Shown here: in pieces, positions 1 through 8,909 of the stretch
Numbering within the stretch: position 1 is the first letter of the stretch
Layout: every line of letters starts with the position of its first letter
Assembly: GCA_035936995.1 (NCBI GenBank)
Contig: DASYVR010000042.1
Coordinates: forward strand, 8,039 to 72,038
Origin: Candidatus Dormiibacterota bacterium
Lineage (GTDB): Bacteria; Chloroflexota; Dormibacteria; CF-121
Length of the DNA stretch: 64,000 bases
Direction: 5' to 3'
Made by a program: the position numbers and the translations under genes
The notes under the pieces: generated by a model
The model's input: the letters and a program-made list of their open reading frames with translations, nothing else
Told to the model about the DNA's origin: nothing
The model's database searches: none

Positions 1-354
1 TATGCCCTGACGGGTCTGTCGCGAAACTTTGCATATGCCCTCCTCTTCCTCTTTACCTGCGGTGCCGCAAGCACGGTGTACCTCATCCCATTGATCTCGG
101 TCACCCAACGAGAGGCCCCGGATCACATCCGAGGCCGCGTGATGTCAAGCCGGTTCCTTCTCGCTCAGGGAGGCCTTCTCGCCGGGATGGCCGTTGCCGG
201 ACCACTAAATGACCGGCTGGGTGCGCCGTTAGTTTTTGCTCTGGCGGGAACCATGTTGGTGATCGCGGCTCTGGTCGGCCTGGCATTTCGAAATCTGCGC
301 AATGTCAGTTTGCGCGACGAGTCGGTCCCTTCTGTACTGAAAGCGACCGGTTAG
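1..354 (+). CDS. MFS-type transporter, C-terminal part (5' end outside the window)
   Basis: Frame 1 is open from nt 1 (YALTGLSRNFAYALLFLFTCGAAS...) and runs into listed ORF 76..354. The hydrophobic helices and the REAPDHIRGRV loop resemble the last helices of MFS permeases. Confidence 0.65.
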   Translation, partial: YALTGLSRNFAYALLFLFTCGAASTVYLIPLISVTQREAPDHIRGRVMSSRFLLAQGGLLAGMAVAGPLNDRLGAPLVFALAGTMLVIAALVGLAFRNLRNVSLRDESVPSVLKATG

Positions 355-942
355 GTGTTTCTCTTCTTCGCGGTCATCGCCGCCGCGCTGGCAATTGCTG
401 TCCTGATCGGAGGCGACGTTCGACGGCTGAGCCAGATCCGCATCAGGCACCTGGAGCTGTTGCTGGCGGCCTTTGCCGTCAAGGTCGCGGTCGCCTTCCT
501 CGGGACGACCCATGCCCAGGCGGCCGTTAACGTAGCCCGGCCGCTCAATGTCATCGGCGCCATCCTGCTGCTCGCCGTCGTGTGGTTCAACCGCTCGATC
601 CCGGGCGCCATCCTCTTCGGCGCCGGGCTCAGCCTGAACCTCATCGTGATCCTGGCCTTCGGCGGCCGGATGCCGGTGCTGGTGCCGCGTGATGCCGACG
701 CCAATTCGGCGGTGCTTGTCCTCCTTCGGGGCGGTCTCGACCCACTTCACGTCGCGCTACCGCAACCGCGGGGGCTCTGGTTCATCGGCGACATCTTCAC
801 CATCCCGGGCATCGGCGGCCATTACTCCCTGGTCAGTATCGGCGACCTCTTGATGGCGGCTGGCGTCGCCTGGCTGATCATCCGCTGTAGCCAGCGCTCG
901 CCATCGATGAAGCCCGCCTACGGGTCGAGTCCGTCACAATAG
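355..942 (+). CDS. DUF5317-like integral membrane protein
   Basis: 195-aa ORF with 5-6 predicted TM helices. It starts 1 nt after the preceding stop. The family assignment is from memory of DUF5317-type sequences and is not verified. Confidence 0.55.
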   Translation: MFLFFAVIAAALAIAVLIGGDVRRLSQIRIRHLELLLAAFAVKVAVAFLGTTHAQAAVNVARPLNVIGAILLLAVVWFNRSIPGAILFGAGLSLNLIVILAFGGRMPVLVPRDADANSAVLVLLRGGLDPLHVALPQPRGLWFIGDIFTIPGIGGHYSLVSIGDLLMAAGVAWLIIRCSQRSPSMKPAYGSSPSQ

Positions 943-960
943 CCGGGTGCCCGCCCTCTG

Positions 961-2070
961 GTGCGCATGTCGCGCCGGCTTCCGTTCGTTTCTCCTATAC
1001 GTGAGTCCGAAATGATCCAGCGCCGCCGGGTCGAGGAGCTGTGGCGGAGCCGCGACTTCCGCGCCCTGATCTTCCTCGGGGTGCTGGCCGGCCTGACCCT
1101 GATCCTGGCCTTCGCCATCCGGGGCATTCTCGGCCCGTTCATCGTGGCCGCCATCGTGGCGCTCGTTCTCAACCCGGCCGTCAACGCGGCCGAGCGCCGT
1201 CGCGTGCCCCGGATTGCGGCGGTGCTGGCACTCTACGGCGTGATCGCCGCGGTGCTGGCCGCCGGCGTCCTCTTCCTGGTGCCGCTGGTCCGCCAGGAGT
1301 TCAGCTCGCTGGTCGCGCAGGGTCCGGCGATCGCCAGTTACCTCCAGGGCCTCGCCGACAAGGAGCACGTCGTTTCGGTGCTCGGGATCCCGATCGATCT
1401 GCGCCAGGCGTACGACGATTCGGTCCACAACTTGCCGGGCCTGGTGGCCGGCCATCTGTCATCGGTGGTGGAGAACGTCTTCATGCTGGTCAACTGGATC
1501 TTCCAGACCGTGCTCGTGCTGCTGGTCGCCTTCTTCCTGGTCAAGGACGCCCACCGCATTCGCCGCTTTTTCGAGGAGCTCCTGCCGCCGGGCTACCGCA
1601 CCGATGCCCACGACGTCGCGTCCGACGTCTACGGCATGCTGGGCGCCTACATGCGCGGCCAGCTGGCGATCTGCGGGCTGGTCGGATTGGTCACGGGAGT
1701 TGCCATGTGGATCGTCGGGGTTCCCTACTCGCTGGCCCTGGGCATCGTGGCCGGCGTGACCGCCTTCATTCCGTTCATCGGGCCGTTCCTGGGCGCCCTG
1801 CCGGCGGTGGCGGTCGCGGCCTTTGTCTCGCAGTCGTCGGGCAAGGTGATCGTCGTGCTCGTGATCTACTTCGTGGTCTCCAACGTCATCTACAACTTCA
1901 TCTCACCCAAGGTCTTCGGCGACGCCGTCCACCTGAGCCCGATGCTGATCATCATCGCCTTCGTCGTGGGCGGCTATCTTGGCGGCATCCTGGGGCTCTT
2001 TGTGGCGGTCCCGGTCGCCGCCACGCTGCGCATCCTGTTCCTCTACGCCCACGAACGCGTCTACGCCTGA
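961..2070 (+). CDS. AI-2E family transporter (PerM/YhhT-like permease)
   Basis: 369-aa polytopic membrane protein. The C-terminal FIPFIGPFLGALPAV and ...SPKVFGDAVHLSPMLIIIA motifs are typical of the AI-2E/UPF0118 family. Confidence 0.85.
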   Translation: MRMSRRLPFVSPIRESEMIQRRRVEELWRSRDFRALIFLGVLAGLTLILAFAIRGILGPFIVAAIVALVLNPAVNAAERRRVPRIAAVLALYGVIAAVLAAGVLFLVPLVRQEFSSLVAQGPAIASYLQGLADKEHVVSVLGIPIDLRQAYDDSVHNLPGLVAGHLSSVVENVFMLVNWIFQTVLVLLVAFFLVKDAHRIRRFFEELLPPGYRTDAHDVASDVYGMLGAYMRGQLAICGLVGLVTGVAMWIVGVPYSLALGIVAGVTAFIPFIGPFLGALPAVAVAAFVSQSSGKVIVVLVIYFVVSNVIYNFISPKVFGDAVHLSPMLIIIAFVVGGYLGGILGLFVAVPVAATLRILFLYAHERVYA

Positions 2071-2794
2071 GCCTGGCGCCGGGCCCACGCTCGCGCTGCT
2101 CTCGGACATCCACAGCAATATCGAGGCGCTGGAGGCGGTCCTCGCGGCGATCCCTCGCGTCGACCGCATCCTGGTGCTGGGCGATATCGTCGGCTACGGG
2201 CCCGACCCGAACGCGGTGATCGACCGGCTGCGTTCGGTGGGCGCCAAAGCCGTCATGGGCAATCACGATCAGGCGATGCTGGATCCGTCGGTGCTCGGCT
2301 GGTTCAATCCGCATGCCGCCGCCGCTGCCCGCTGGACCCAGACCGTGCTCACACCGGGGAGCCGACGGTATCTGGCCTCGCTGCCGAAGTACGGACGGTT
2401 CGGCCGGCACCGCTGGGTCCATGGTAGCCCGCGCAAGCCCTACCTCTGGGAGTACATCCTCGATGAGCTTCAGGCCCTTGAGCTCCTCATGAGGCTCGGG
2501 CCGCGTCTCTGCTTCTTTGGCCACACACACTTGCCGCGAATTTTCACCGAGGAGGGCGAACAGGTCGGAGCGCCAGGCGATTGGATTCCGCTGCCGCCCT
2601 CGGCGCTCGTGAACCCGGGAAGTGTCGGGCAGCCCCGAGACGGGAACCCGGAGGCGGCGTTCGCGATCGTCGACCTGGGTGTCCCGGCGGTTCGGTTCGC
2701 CCGGGTGGCCTACGATGTCGCAACCACCCAGGCCAAGATCCGCGCGGCCGGTCTCCCCGAGCTGGAGGCGGCCCGCCTGAGCCATGGCCGGTAG
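1979..2794 (+). CDS. Metallophosphoesterase (YfcE/MJ0936-like)
   Basis: Carries the LALLSDIHSN, LVLGDIVGYGP, GNHD and GHTH motifs. The real start is uncertain: the first conserved motif begins near nt 2090, the only upstream in-frame ATG/TTG codons are 1979 and 2000, and CTG 2096 is also possible. Confidence 0.8.
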   Translation: MAASWGSLWRSRSPPRCASCSSTPTNASTPEPGAGPTLALLSDIHSNIEALEAVLAAIPRVDRILVLGDIVGYGPDPNAVIDRLRSVGAKAVMGNHDQAMLDPSVLGWFNPHAAAAARWTQTVLTPGSRRYLASLPKYGRFGRHRWVHGSPRKPYLWEYILDELQALELLMRLGPRLCFFGHTHLPRIFTEEGEQVGAPGDWIPLPPSALVNPGSVGQPRDGNPEAAFAIVDLGVPAVRFARVAYDVATTQAKIRAAGLPELEAARLSHGR

Positions 2795-2816
2795 ACCTAG
2801 AATGGGTCTTCCATTT

Positions 2817-3215
2817 ATGAAGCTGGTGATCGTCGGTTGCGGGCGGGTGGGCGCGATGGCCGCGATCGCGCTCTCCAAGGCCGGCCATCATGTGACCGTG
2901 ATCGACAGTAATCGGCGGGCCTTCGACCGTCTGGGCAGCGACTTCACCGGCGAGATGGTGCTCGGCAACGGGATCGACGAAGACGTCCTTCGCCAGGCCG
3001 GGATCGAATCGGCCGACGGGTTCGCCTCCCTGACCAACGGGGACAACCGCAACATCATGGCGGCGCAGATCGCTCTGGAGATCTTCAGGGTGCCCCGGGT
3101 CATCACGCGCATCTACGATCCGATCCGCGAGGATGTCTATCGCGAGCTCGGTCTCAATACGGTCTGCCCGACGCTCTCGGGGGCGAGGCAGATCCATGCG
3201 ATGCTGAAGGGGTAA
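2817..3215 (+). CDS. TrkA-N / RCK NAD-binding domain protein (short, no TrkA-C domain)
   Basis: MKLVIVGCGRVGAMAAIALSKAGHHVTVID is a Rossmann GxGxxG motif. I prefer the internal ATG at 2817 over the listed 2784 start. Confidence 0.8.
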   Translation: MKLVIVGCGRVGAMAAIALSKAGHHVTVIDSNRRAFDRLGSDFTGEMVLGNGIDEDVLRQAGIESADGFASLTNGDNRNIMAAQIALEIFRVPRVITRIYDPIREDVYRELGLNTVCPTLSGARQIHAMLKG

Positions 3216-3223
3216 GCCAGCCC

Positions 3224-3658
3224 ATGTACGTGATCGTGATCGGCGGCGGCAAGGTCGGTTATTACCTGAGCAAGCACCTGCTCGACCGGGGCTACGAGGT
3301 CACCCTGATCGAGAAGGATCCGCGGCGGGCGGAAGTCCTCAATTCGGCCCTGGGTGAGATCGTGATGGTGGGCGACGGCGACGAGATGGCGTTCCTGGCG
3401 ACCACCGGCATGGAGCGCGCCGACGTGGTGGTGGCGGTGACCGGTGACGATGAGGACAACCTGGTCGCCTGCCAGCTCGCGAAGCGCAAGTTCAACGTGC
3501 CGAAGACGGTCGCCCGGGTCAACAACCCCGCCAACGTCCGGATCTTCAAGACCCTCGGCGTCGATGTGGCGCTGAGCGCCACGGAGGTCCTGCTCGACCT
3601 GATCGAATCCGAGCTGGCCACCAAGGAGCCGGCCAGCCGCTCAGCCGCCCAGCCCTAG
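3224..3658 (+). CDS. TrkA-N / RCK NAD-binding domain protein (second copy)
   Basis: MYVIVIGGGKVGYYLSKHLLDRGYEVTLIEKD, a Rossmann fold. It lies 8 nt after the previous gene. Confidence 0.85.
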   Translation: MYVIVIGGGKVGYYLSKHLLDRGYEVTLIEKDPRRAEVLNSALGEIVMVGDGDEMAFLATTGMERADVVVAVTGDDEDNLVACQLAKRKFNVPKTVARVNNPANVRIFKTLGVDVALSATEVLLDLIESELATKEPASRSAAQP

Positions 3659-3675
3659 ACGCCCCCACCCTGCCG

Positions 3676-3735
3676 TCCCCCGGAGGGGAAGGGAACAGCC
3701 TGGCTGCCCCCCTCCCGAGGGGAGGGAACTTGCCC
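3676..3735. repeat. C-tract/G-tract hairpin element, copy a (two hairpins)
   Basis: tcccc-cgga-gggga plus ccctccc-gag-gggaggg, followed by gggg. It starts about 18 nt after the stop of the 3224..3658 gene. Confidence 0.6.
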
Positions 3736-3748
3736 GGGGCTGGCCGGG

Positions 3749-3780
3749 AAAAAGAAAAAGCCGGCTTTGCACCGGCTGTT
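3749..3780 (-). terminator. Rho-independent terminator of the DUF5679-like gene
   Basis: The minus strand reads AGCCGG-tgcaaag-CCGGCT followed by TTTTTCTTTTT, about 20 nt after the stop at 3800. Confidence 0.7.
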
Positions 3781-3799
3781 CAGTTCACGCTACCGAGCG

Positions 3800-3946
3800 T
3801 TATGCTTTGCCGATCTTGTAGATCTTCGTACCGCAGGTCGGGCAGGTCCCGGTGGTGGCGGGCTTCCCGTTCTTCATCGTGATGTGCTGCGGGTCCTTGA
3901 TGTCTACTTTCTTCTTGCATTTCAGGCAATATCCGCTAACGGCCAT
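3800..3946 (-). CDS. Small zinc-ribbon protein (DUF5679-like)
   Basis: MAVSGYCLKCKKKVDIKDPQHITMKNGKPATTGTCPTCGTKIYKIGKA has a CxxC...CxxC pattern. A strong AAAAGGAGAG ribosome-binding site lies 5 nt upstream of the internal ATG at 3946, and the gene has its own terminator. Confidence 0.75.
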   Translation of the reverse strand: MAVSGYCLKCKKKVDIKDPQHITMKNGKPATTGTCPTCGTKIYKIGKA

Positions 3947-4062
3947 GACACTCTCCTTTTGCTGGCTACTGAAGGCCCCGGCGCCCCCAAAATCGGCCTG
4001 ATGATAGCACAACCTTCCCAATTCGCTTTGTATTCAGAAAAGGCGCCCAAAAGCGGACCAGG

Positions 4063-5298
4063 TCAGGTCTTCCCCTCGTAGCGCGACAGGATGACGCTCG
4101 CGTTGTGGCCGCCGAGCCCGAAGGAGTTCGAGAGCGCGACCCGGACGTCGGCCCGCCGGGCCTGACCGGGCACATAGTCGAGGTCACACTCGGGATCAGG
4201 AGTGTGCAGGTTGATCGTGGGCGCGATCACCTGGTCGCGGATCGTCAGCGCGCAGACGACAGCCTCCACCGCGCCGGAGGCGCCCATCATGTGCCCCGTC
4301 ATCGACTTGGTGCTGCTAACCGCCAGCCGCTCGGCGTGCTTGCCGAATACGCGGTGAATCGCGTCCGTCTCATATTTGTCATTCAGCGGCGTGCCCGTAC
4401 CGTGCGCATTGATATAGTCCACCCGCTCGGGTTCGATCTCGGCCTTGCGCAGCGCGCGCTGCATCGTCAGCACGGCGCCTTCGCCCTCGGCCGGCGCGGC
4501 CATGTCGAAGGCATCGTTGCTCGAGCCGTAGCCGATCACCTCGGCATAGATGCGCGCCCCGCGTTGCCGAGCGTGCTCCAATTCCTCCAGCAGCAGGGCG
4601 CCCGCGCCTTCGGAGATGACGAAGCCGTTCCGATCCTTGTCGAACGGGCGCGATGCCTGCGTCGGATCCTCGTGCTGGGCGAGCGCCCGCATGGCGCAGA
4701 ACCCCGCATATACGACCGGTACGAGAACGGCCTCGGCCCCGCCAGTCATGATCGCGTCCGCATCGCCGCGGCGGATCGTCTCGAAGGCCTCCCCTACGGC
4801 GCCACTGCCGGTAGCACAGGCGGAGACCACGGCCATATTCGGTCCGCGCAGGCCAAGCGCGATCGCGATGTGCCCGGAGGCCGTGTCGGTCAGCATGTTC
4901 TGGATGAAGGTCGGGCTGACCCGGCGCAGGCCGCGCTCCTGGAGGATGCGCTGCTGTTCGAGAAACACCCCGAGACCACCCGCCGCGCTGCCGAAGATGA
5001 CCCCGACCTCGTCGAGCAGGCCGTCATTGGTCAACCCGGCGTCGCCAAATGCCTCCTGCGCGGCGACCAGCCCGAGCTGGGCGTAGCGGTCCATCCGGCG
5101 GAGCTCCTTCGGCTCGATCCGGCCGGTGGCGTCGAAGCCCTTCACCTCGCCGGCGATCTGCACCGGATACTCGCTGGCATCGAAGTGCGTCACCTTGCCC
5201 ACACCGGACTGGCCTTCCAGCATGGCGGCCCAAGTACTGGGTGCATCGAGACCGACCGGCGTCACCGCCCCAACCCCGGTTACGACGACGCGCTTCAT
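4063..5298 (-). CDS. fabF: Beta-ketoacyl-ACP synthase II
   Basis: Active-site motifs VVSACATGSGAVGEA, NAHGTGT and GHMMGASG (Cys-His-His triad). 411 aa. Confidence 0.95.
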   Translation of the reverse strand: MKRVVVTGVGAVTPVGLDAPSTWAAMLEGQSGVGKVTHFDASEYPVQIAGEVKGFDATGRIEPKELRRMDRYAQLGLVAAQEAFGDAGLTNDGLLDEVGVIFGSAAGGLGVFLEQQRILQERGLRRVSPTFIQNMLTDTASGHIAIALGLRGPNMAVVSACATGSGAVGEAFETIRRGDADAIMTGGAEAVLVPVVYAGFCAMRALAQHEDPTQASRPFDKDRNGFVISEGAGALLLEELEHARQRGARIYAEVIGYGSSNDAFDMAAPAEGEGAVLTMQRALRKAEIEPERVDYINAHGTGTPLNDKYETDAIHRVFGKHAERLAVSSTKSMTGHMMGASGAVEAVVCALTIRDQVIAPTINLHTPDPECDLDYVPGQARRADVRVALSNSFGLGGHNASVILSRYEGKT

Positions 5299-6266
5299 CC
5301 CAATGGCGACGGGGTGAGGACGCGAGCGACCTCGCGGTCACTCAGGGTCACGACGTGCGCATCCGTGCTGATGCGGCGGATCAAGCCCGAGAGCACCTGA
5401 CCGGGCCCGATCTCGAGGAATTCCGCACTGCCGCGCGCCACCATCTCGACCACCGACGACGTCCATTGCACCGGCTTCAGGATATGGTCGGCCAGCTCTT
5501 TACGGATGTCATCGGCGCTGGTCAGGATCTGGCCGGTGATGTTGGCCACAATTGGGATCCGCGGCTGGCGCAGAGGAAGCCGGGCGACGATCTCGCCGAA
5601 TTGCGCGGCAGCCCGCGCCATCAGCGGCGAGTGGGAGGCGATGCTGATCGGCAGCCGGACCACCCGGGCGGCGCCGCGGGCGCGAGCGAGCTCAGCCGCG
5701 CGCTCGAGCGCCGGGGCCTCGCCGGAGAGCACGACCTGTCCCGGCGAGTTCGCGTTGGCCACGGTGATGACACCGATGAGTGCCGCGTCCGCCACGACGG
5801 CCTCGATCACGTCGCGATCGAGTCCCAGCACCGCCAGCATCCCGCCGGGACGATCGGTGCCGTTCTCCTTCATCAACCGGCCACGCTCGCGGACCAGCAC
5901 CAGGGCGCTGTCGAAGTCGATGACATCCGCGGCGACCAGCGCCGTGAACTCGCCCAGGCTGTGGCCGGCGACATAGCGCGGGGCGACGACCTGCCCCATC
6001 GCTTGCCAGCGTTCCCGCATCGCGTTCAGGCAGGCGATGCTCACGGTGAGAATCGCCGGCTGGGCGTTGATGGTGTCGTTCAGGTCCTGCTCCGGTCCCT
6101 CGAAGCACATGCGCGTAAGGGCGAACCCGAGGATCTCGTCGGCCCGCCGAAAAACGCGTCGGGCAGTTTCCGATGCGTCGAACAGGGCTTTGCCCATGCC
6201 CACATACTGCGATCCCTGCCCCGGAAAGACGAAGGCCACCGGGCCGGCGCCGTAGGGGGCGCTCAT
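5295..6266 (-). CDS. fabD: Malonyl-CoA:ACP transacylase
   Basis: FVFPGQGSQYVGMG and GHSLGEFTALV motifs. A 4-nt overlap with fabF indicates an operon. Confidence 0.95.
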   Translation of the reverse strand: MSAPYGAGPVAFVFPGQGSQYVGMGKALFDASETARRVFRRADEILGFALTRMCFEGPEQDLNDTINAQPAILTVSIACLNAMRERWQAMGQVVAPRYVAGHSLGEFTALVAADVIDFDSALVLVRERGRLMKENGTDRPGGMLAVLGLDRDVIEAVVADAALIGVITVANANSPGQVVLSGEAPALERAAELARARGAARVVRLPISIASHSPLMARAAAQFGEIVARLPLRQPRIPIVANITGQILTSADDIRKELADHILKPVQWTSSVVEMVARGSAEFLEIGPGQVLSGLIRRISTDAHVVTLSDREVARVLTPSPLG

Positions 6267-6279
6267 GGCTGCGTTCGGG

Positions 6280-6525
6280 TCAGGCGACGGACACCTTTCC
6301 CTTGACGTAATTCCAGGCCTCGCTAACAGTACGAAGCTTCTGGGCGTCCTCGTCGGAGATCTCCATCCCGTACTCCTCTTCGAAGGCCATGATCAGCTCG
6401 ACCAGATCCAGGGAATCGGCCTGCAGGTCCTCGGTGAAGGAGGCTTCGGGGGTCACCTTCTCGACGTCGACGCCAAGCTGCTCCGCGATGATGCCACGGA
6501 ACTTGTCGAAATTCGCTTCGGCCAT
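6280..6525 (-). CDS. acpP: Acyl carrier protein
   Basis: 81 aa with the [20 protein letters not shown] phosphopantetheine attachment motif (DSL). Confidence 0.95.
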   Translation of the reverse strand: MAEANFDKFRGIIAEQLGVDVEKVTPEASFTEDLQADSLDLVELIMAFEEEYGMEISDEDAQKLRTVSEAWNYVKGKVSVA

Positions 6526-6651
6526 CCTTCCCTCCTGGTGATTGGGGTGCGGGCACGGGGCCCAAATTCGGTCTATACAATAGCGAACCGCAGCGGCTCG
6601 GGCGCGGAATACCTGGACGCTCGCCCGGCTGATGTATGCCGAAACCGGGCG

Positions 6652-6700
6652 CCTGGTTACGGGTCGAGGTCTTGCTGACTGACCGCCGAACGTAACCAGG
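6652..6700. promoter_or_regulatory. Perfect 10-bp inverted repeat in the divergent fab intergenic region
   Basis: CCTGGTTACG (6652-6661) and CGTAACCAGG (6691-6700) are separated by 29 nt, about 27 nt upstream of the FabH-like ORF. Confidence 0.4.
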
Positions 6701-6726
6701 TCGAATACCCGGACTTAAAATGAGGC

Positions 6727-7665
6727 GTGACGTCCACTTCAATGTCTGCCATTGCCCAGGCGCGCCGCGGATTGGCCCTGGGGGCGATCGCCGGGCTCGG
6801 AATCTACCGCCCGCCGGCCGACGCCCCACTGGCGCGGCGGGTCACTGGCCCGGAGCTGACTGGTGTCTCCAACCGCGTGCAGGCGGTGCAGGGTCTGAGT
6901 ACGCCATCGCTGGCGGCCGGCGCAGCGCGCGCCGCGTTGCGGGCGGCGGGCGTGAATTCCTCGGACCTCGAGATGATCATCGTCGGCACCACGACACCGG
7001 ATGTGCTCTGGCCGACCACCGCCTGCCTCGTGCAGACGGAGCTGAAACTGCCGATGGTTGCGAGCTTCGACCTCTACGCGGCTGAGACCAGCTTGCTGGC
7101 GGCGCTCAATGTCGGGATCCGATACATCGAGGCCGGCGCCCGGGGCGTCTTGGTGATCGGCGCCGCGTCGGACAACCAGCTCGTCGACCTGCCAGGGCAG
7201 GGCGGTGCGCTTCATGGTCGCGGCGCCGCGGCCGCGGTGCTCACCCGGGCCGGTGGCGACGGCGGCGTGCTGGCGACGATGGCAGGTGGCGCCGCCCGGT
7301 CCGAGGGTAACGGGGAGACCGAGGAGCGAGCCCTGCTCCTGGGGCTGGCCGCCGGCGTGACCGATTGCTTGCAGAAAGCGAAGCTAGAAATGTCGGAGAT
7401 TGACCTGGTGATCGGAGAGCAGTCGGCGCCCGAGATCACGCGGGCCTGGAGCAAGGCGGCCGGCGTCACGCCGGCTCGGCTGCTCCTCGACCCCGCGCGC
7501 TACGGAGCGCTGCTGGCGGCGGCGCCGCTGACGGCGCTGCACGATGCGGTCAAGGACGGACGGCTGCAAACCGGGATGACGGCGCTCCTGCTCGGCTGCG
7601 GCAGCGGCCCGACCTGGGCGGCCGCCTGTCTTCGCTGGAATGGCGGAGGGATCGCCGCATGGTAA
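6727..7665 (+). CDS. KAS III (FabH)-like protein lacking the Cys-His-Asn catalytic triad
   Basis: The sequence is collinear with FabH throughout (IIVGTTTPD, FDLYAAETS, HGRGAAAAVL, CGSGPTWAA). However, Cys112 is replaced by Glu, His244 by Glu (VIGEQSAPE) and Asn274 by Ala (RYGALLAAAPL). The start could instead be ATG 6742. Confidence 0.85.
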   Translation: MTSTSMSAIAQARRGLALGAIAGLGIYRPPADAPLARRVTGPELTGVSNRVQAVQGLSTPSLAAGAARAALRAAGVNSSDLEMIIVGTTTPDVLWPTTACLVQTELKLPMVASFDLYAAETSLLAALNVGIRYIEAGARGVLVIGAASDNQLVDLPGQGGALHGRGAAAAVLTRAGGDGGVLATMAGGAARSEGNGETEERALLLGLAAGVTDCLQKAKLEMSEIDLVIGEQSAPEITRAWSKAAGVTPARLLLDPARYGALLAAAPLTALHDAVKDGRLQTGMTALLLGCGSGPTWAAACLRWNGGGIAAW

Positions 7666-8906
7666 ACGGCACGCGCGTGGTCGTTACCGGCACCGGCGCC
7701 ATCACCTCGCTGGGTCACACCACGCGGGAGACCTGGGAGGCGATCAAAGCCGGGCGGTCCGGCGTGCGACGGATCCAGAGTTTCGATCCATCCGCCACCC
7801 CGAGCCGGGTGGCGAGCGAAGTGGTCGATTTCAAGCCGGAAACGCGTCTGGACCGAAAAGAGGCCCGGCGCATGTCGCGATTCGTTCAGTTCGCGATGGT
7901 CGCCGCCCGGGAGGCGCTCGAGGGTTCCGGCCTTCAGATCACCGAAGCGAATCGAGACCAGGTTGGCGTCATCGTGGGGAGCGCCATCGGTGGCCTGGAG
8001 CAGATCGAGGAGGCGCTCACCGTTCTCAAGGAGCGAGGACCCTCCCGCATCAGCCCCTTCACCGTGCCCATGATGATCGCCGACATGGGCGCCGGGATGA
8101 TCTCGATTTCGATCGGCGCGCGGGGGCCCAACTACTGCACGGTCTCGGCTTGCGCGTCCGGGGCCCACGCCATCGGCGAGGCCTTCGAGATCATCAAGCG
8201 TGGGGATGCGACGGCGATGATCGCGGGCGGCAGTGAGGCCTGTGTCACTCCCCTGGCGCTGGCCGCGTTCTGCGCGTCACGTGCCGTCTCGACGCGCGAG
8301 GTCGAGCCGAGCCTGGCGAGCCGTCCTTTCGACCTGGAGCGGGATGGCTTCGTCATGGGGGAAGGCGCCGGGATCCTGATCCTCGAGGAGCTCGGCGCCG
8401 CGCTCAAGCGCGGGGCGCCGATCATCGCCGAGATCGTTGGCTACGGGGCGACCGCCGATGCCAGCCACATCACGGCGCCCGATCCGGTTGGCGCCGGCGC
8501 AGCCCAGGCGATGAAGCGCACGCTGGCCAAAGCACGGGTCGCGCCCAAGGACGTCAGCTACATCAACGCCCACGGGACCGCCACCCAGCTTGGCGACGTC
8601 GCGGAAACACTGGCGTTCAAAGACATCTTTGGCGATGCCGCCTACCACATCCCCATCAGCTCGACGAAATCGATGCTGGGCCATCTGCTCGGCGCCGCGG
8701 GATCGGTGGAGGCTGTGATCTCGGTGAAGGCCATCGAGGAAGGGGTGGCGCCGCCCACCATCAACCTCGAGCATCCCGACCCCCAGTGTGACCTCGACTA
8801 CATCCCGGAAGGCGCGCGCGAGCTGGACATCAAGCTGGCGCTTTCGAATTCTTTCGGCTTCGGTGGGCACAATGCGTCGCTGTTATTCAAGCAATTCCGG
8901 GGCTAG
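7659..8906 (+). CDS. fabF: Beta-ketoacyl-ACP synthase II, second copy
   Basis: TVSACASGAHAIGEA, NAHGTAT and GHLLGAAG motifs. It overlaps the preceding FabH-like gene by 7 nt. Confidence 0.95.
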   Translation: MVNGTRVVVTGTGAITSLGHTTRETWEAIKAGRSGVRRIQSFDPSATPSRVASEVVDFKPETRLDRKEARRMSRFVQFAMVAAREALEGSGLQITEANRDQVGVIVGSAIGGLEQIEEALTVLKERGPSRISPFTVPMMIADMGAGMISISIGARGPNYCTVSACASGAHAIGEAFEIIKRGDATAMIAGGSEACVTPLALAAFCASRAVSTREVEPSLASRPFDLERDGFVMGEGAGILILEELGAALKRGAPIIAEIVGYGATADASHITAPDPVGAGAAQAMKRTLAKARVAPKDVSYINAHGTATQLGDVAETLAFKDIFGDAAYHIPISSTKSMLGHLLGAAGSVEAVISVKAIEEGVAPPTINLEHPDPQCDLDYIPEGARELDIKLALSNSFGFGGHNASLLFKQFRG

Positions 8907-8909
8907 CGT

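Noticed and set aside
2817-3658. Two short TrkA-N genes as fragments of one broken trkA
   Set aside because: Each has its own start, its own ribosome-binding-site context and a complete Rossmann GxGxxG motif. They look like two separate RCK N-lobe proteins rather than a frameshifted gene. No TrkH/KtrB gene is in the window, so nothing more can be said.
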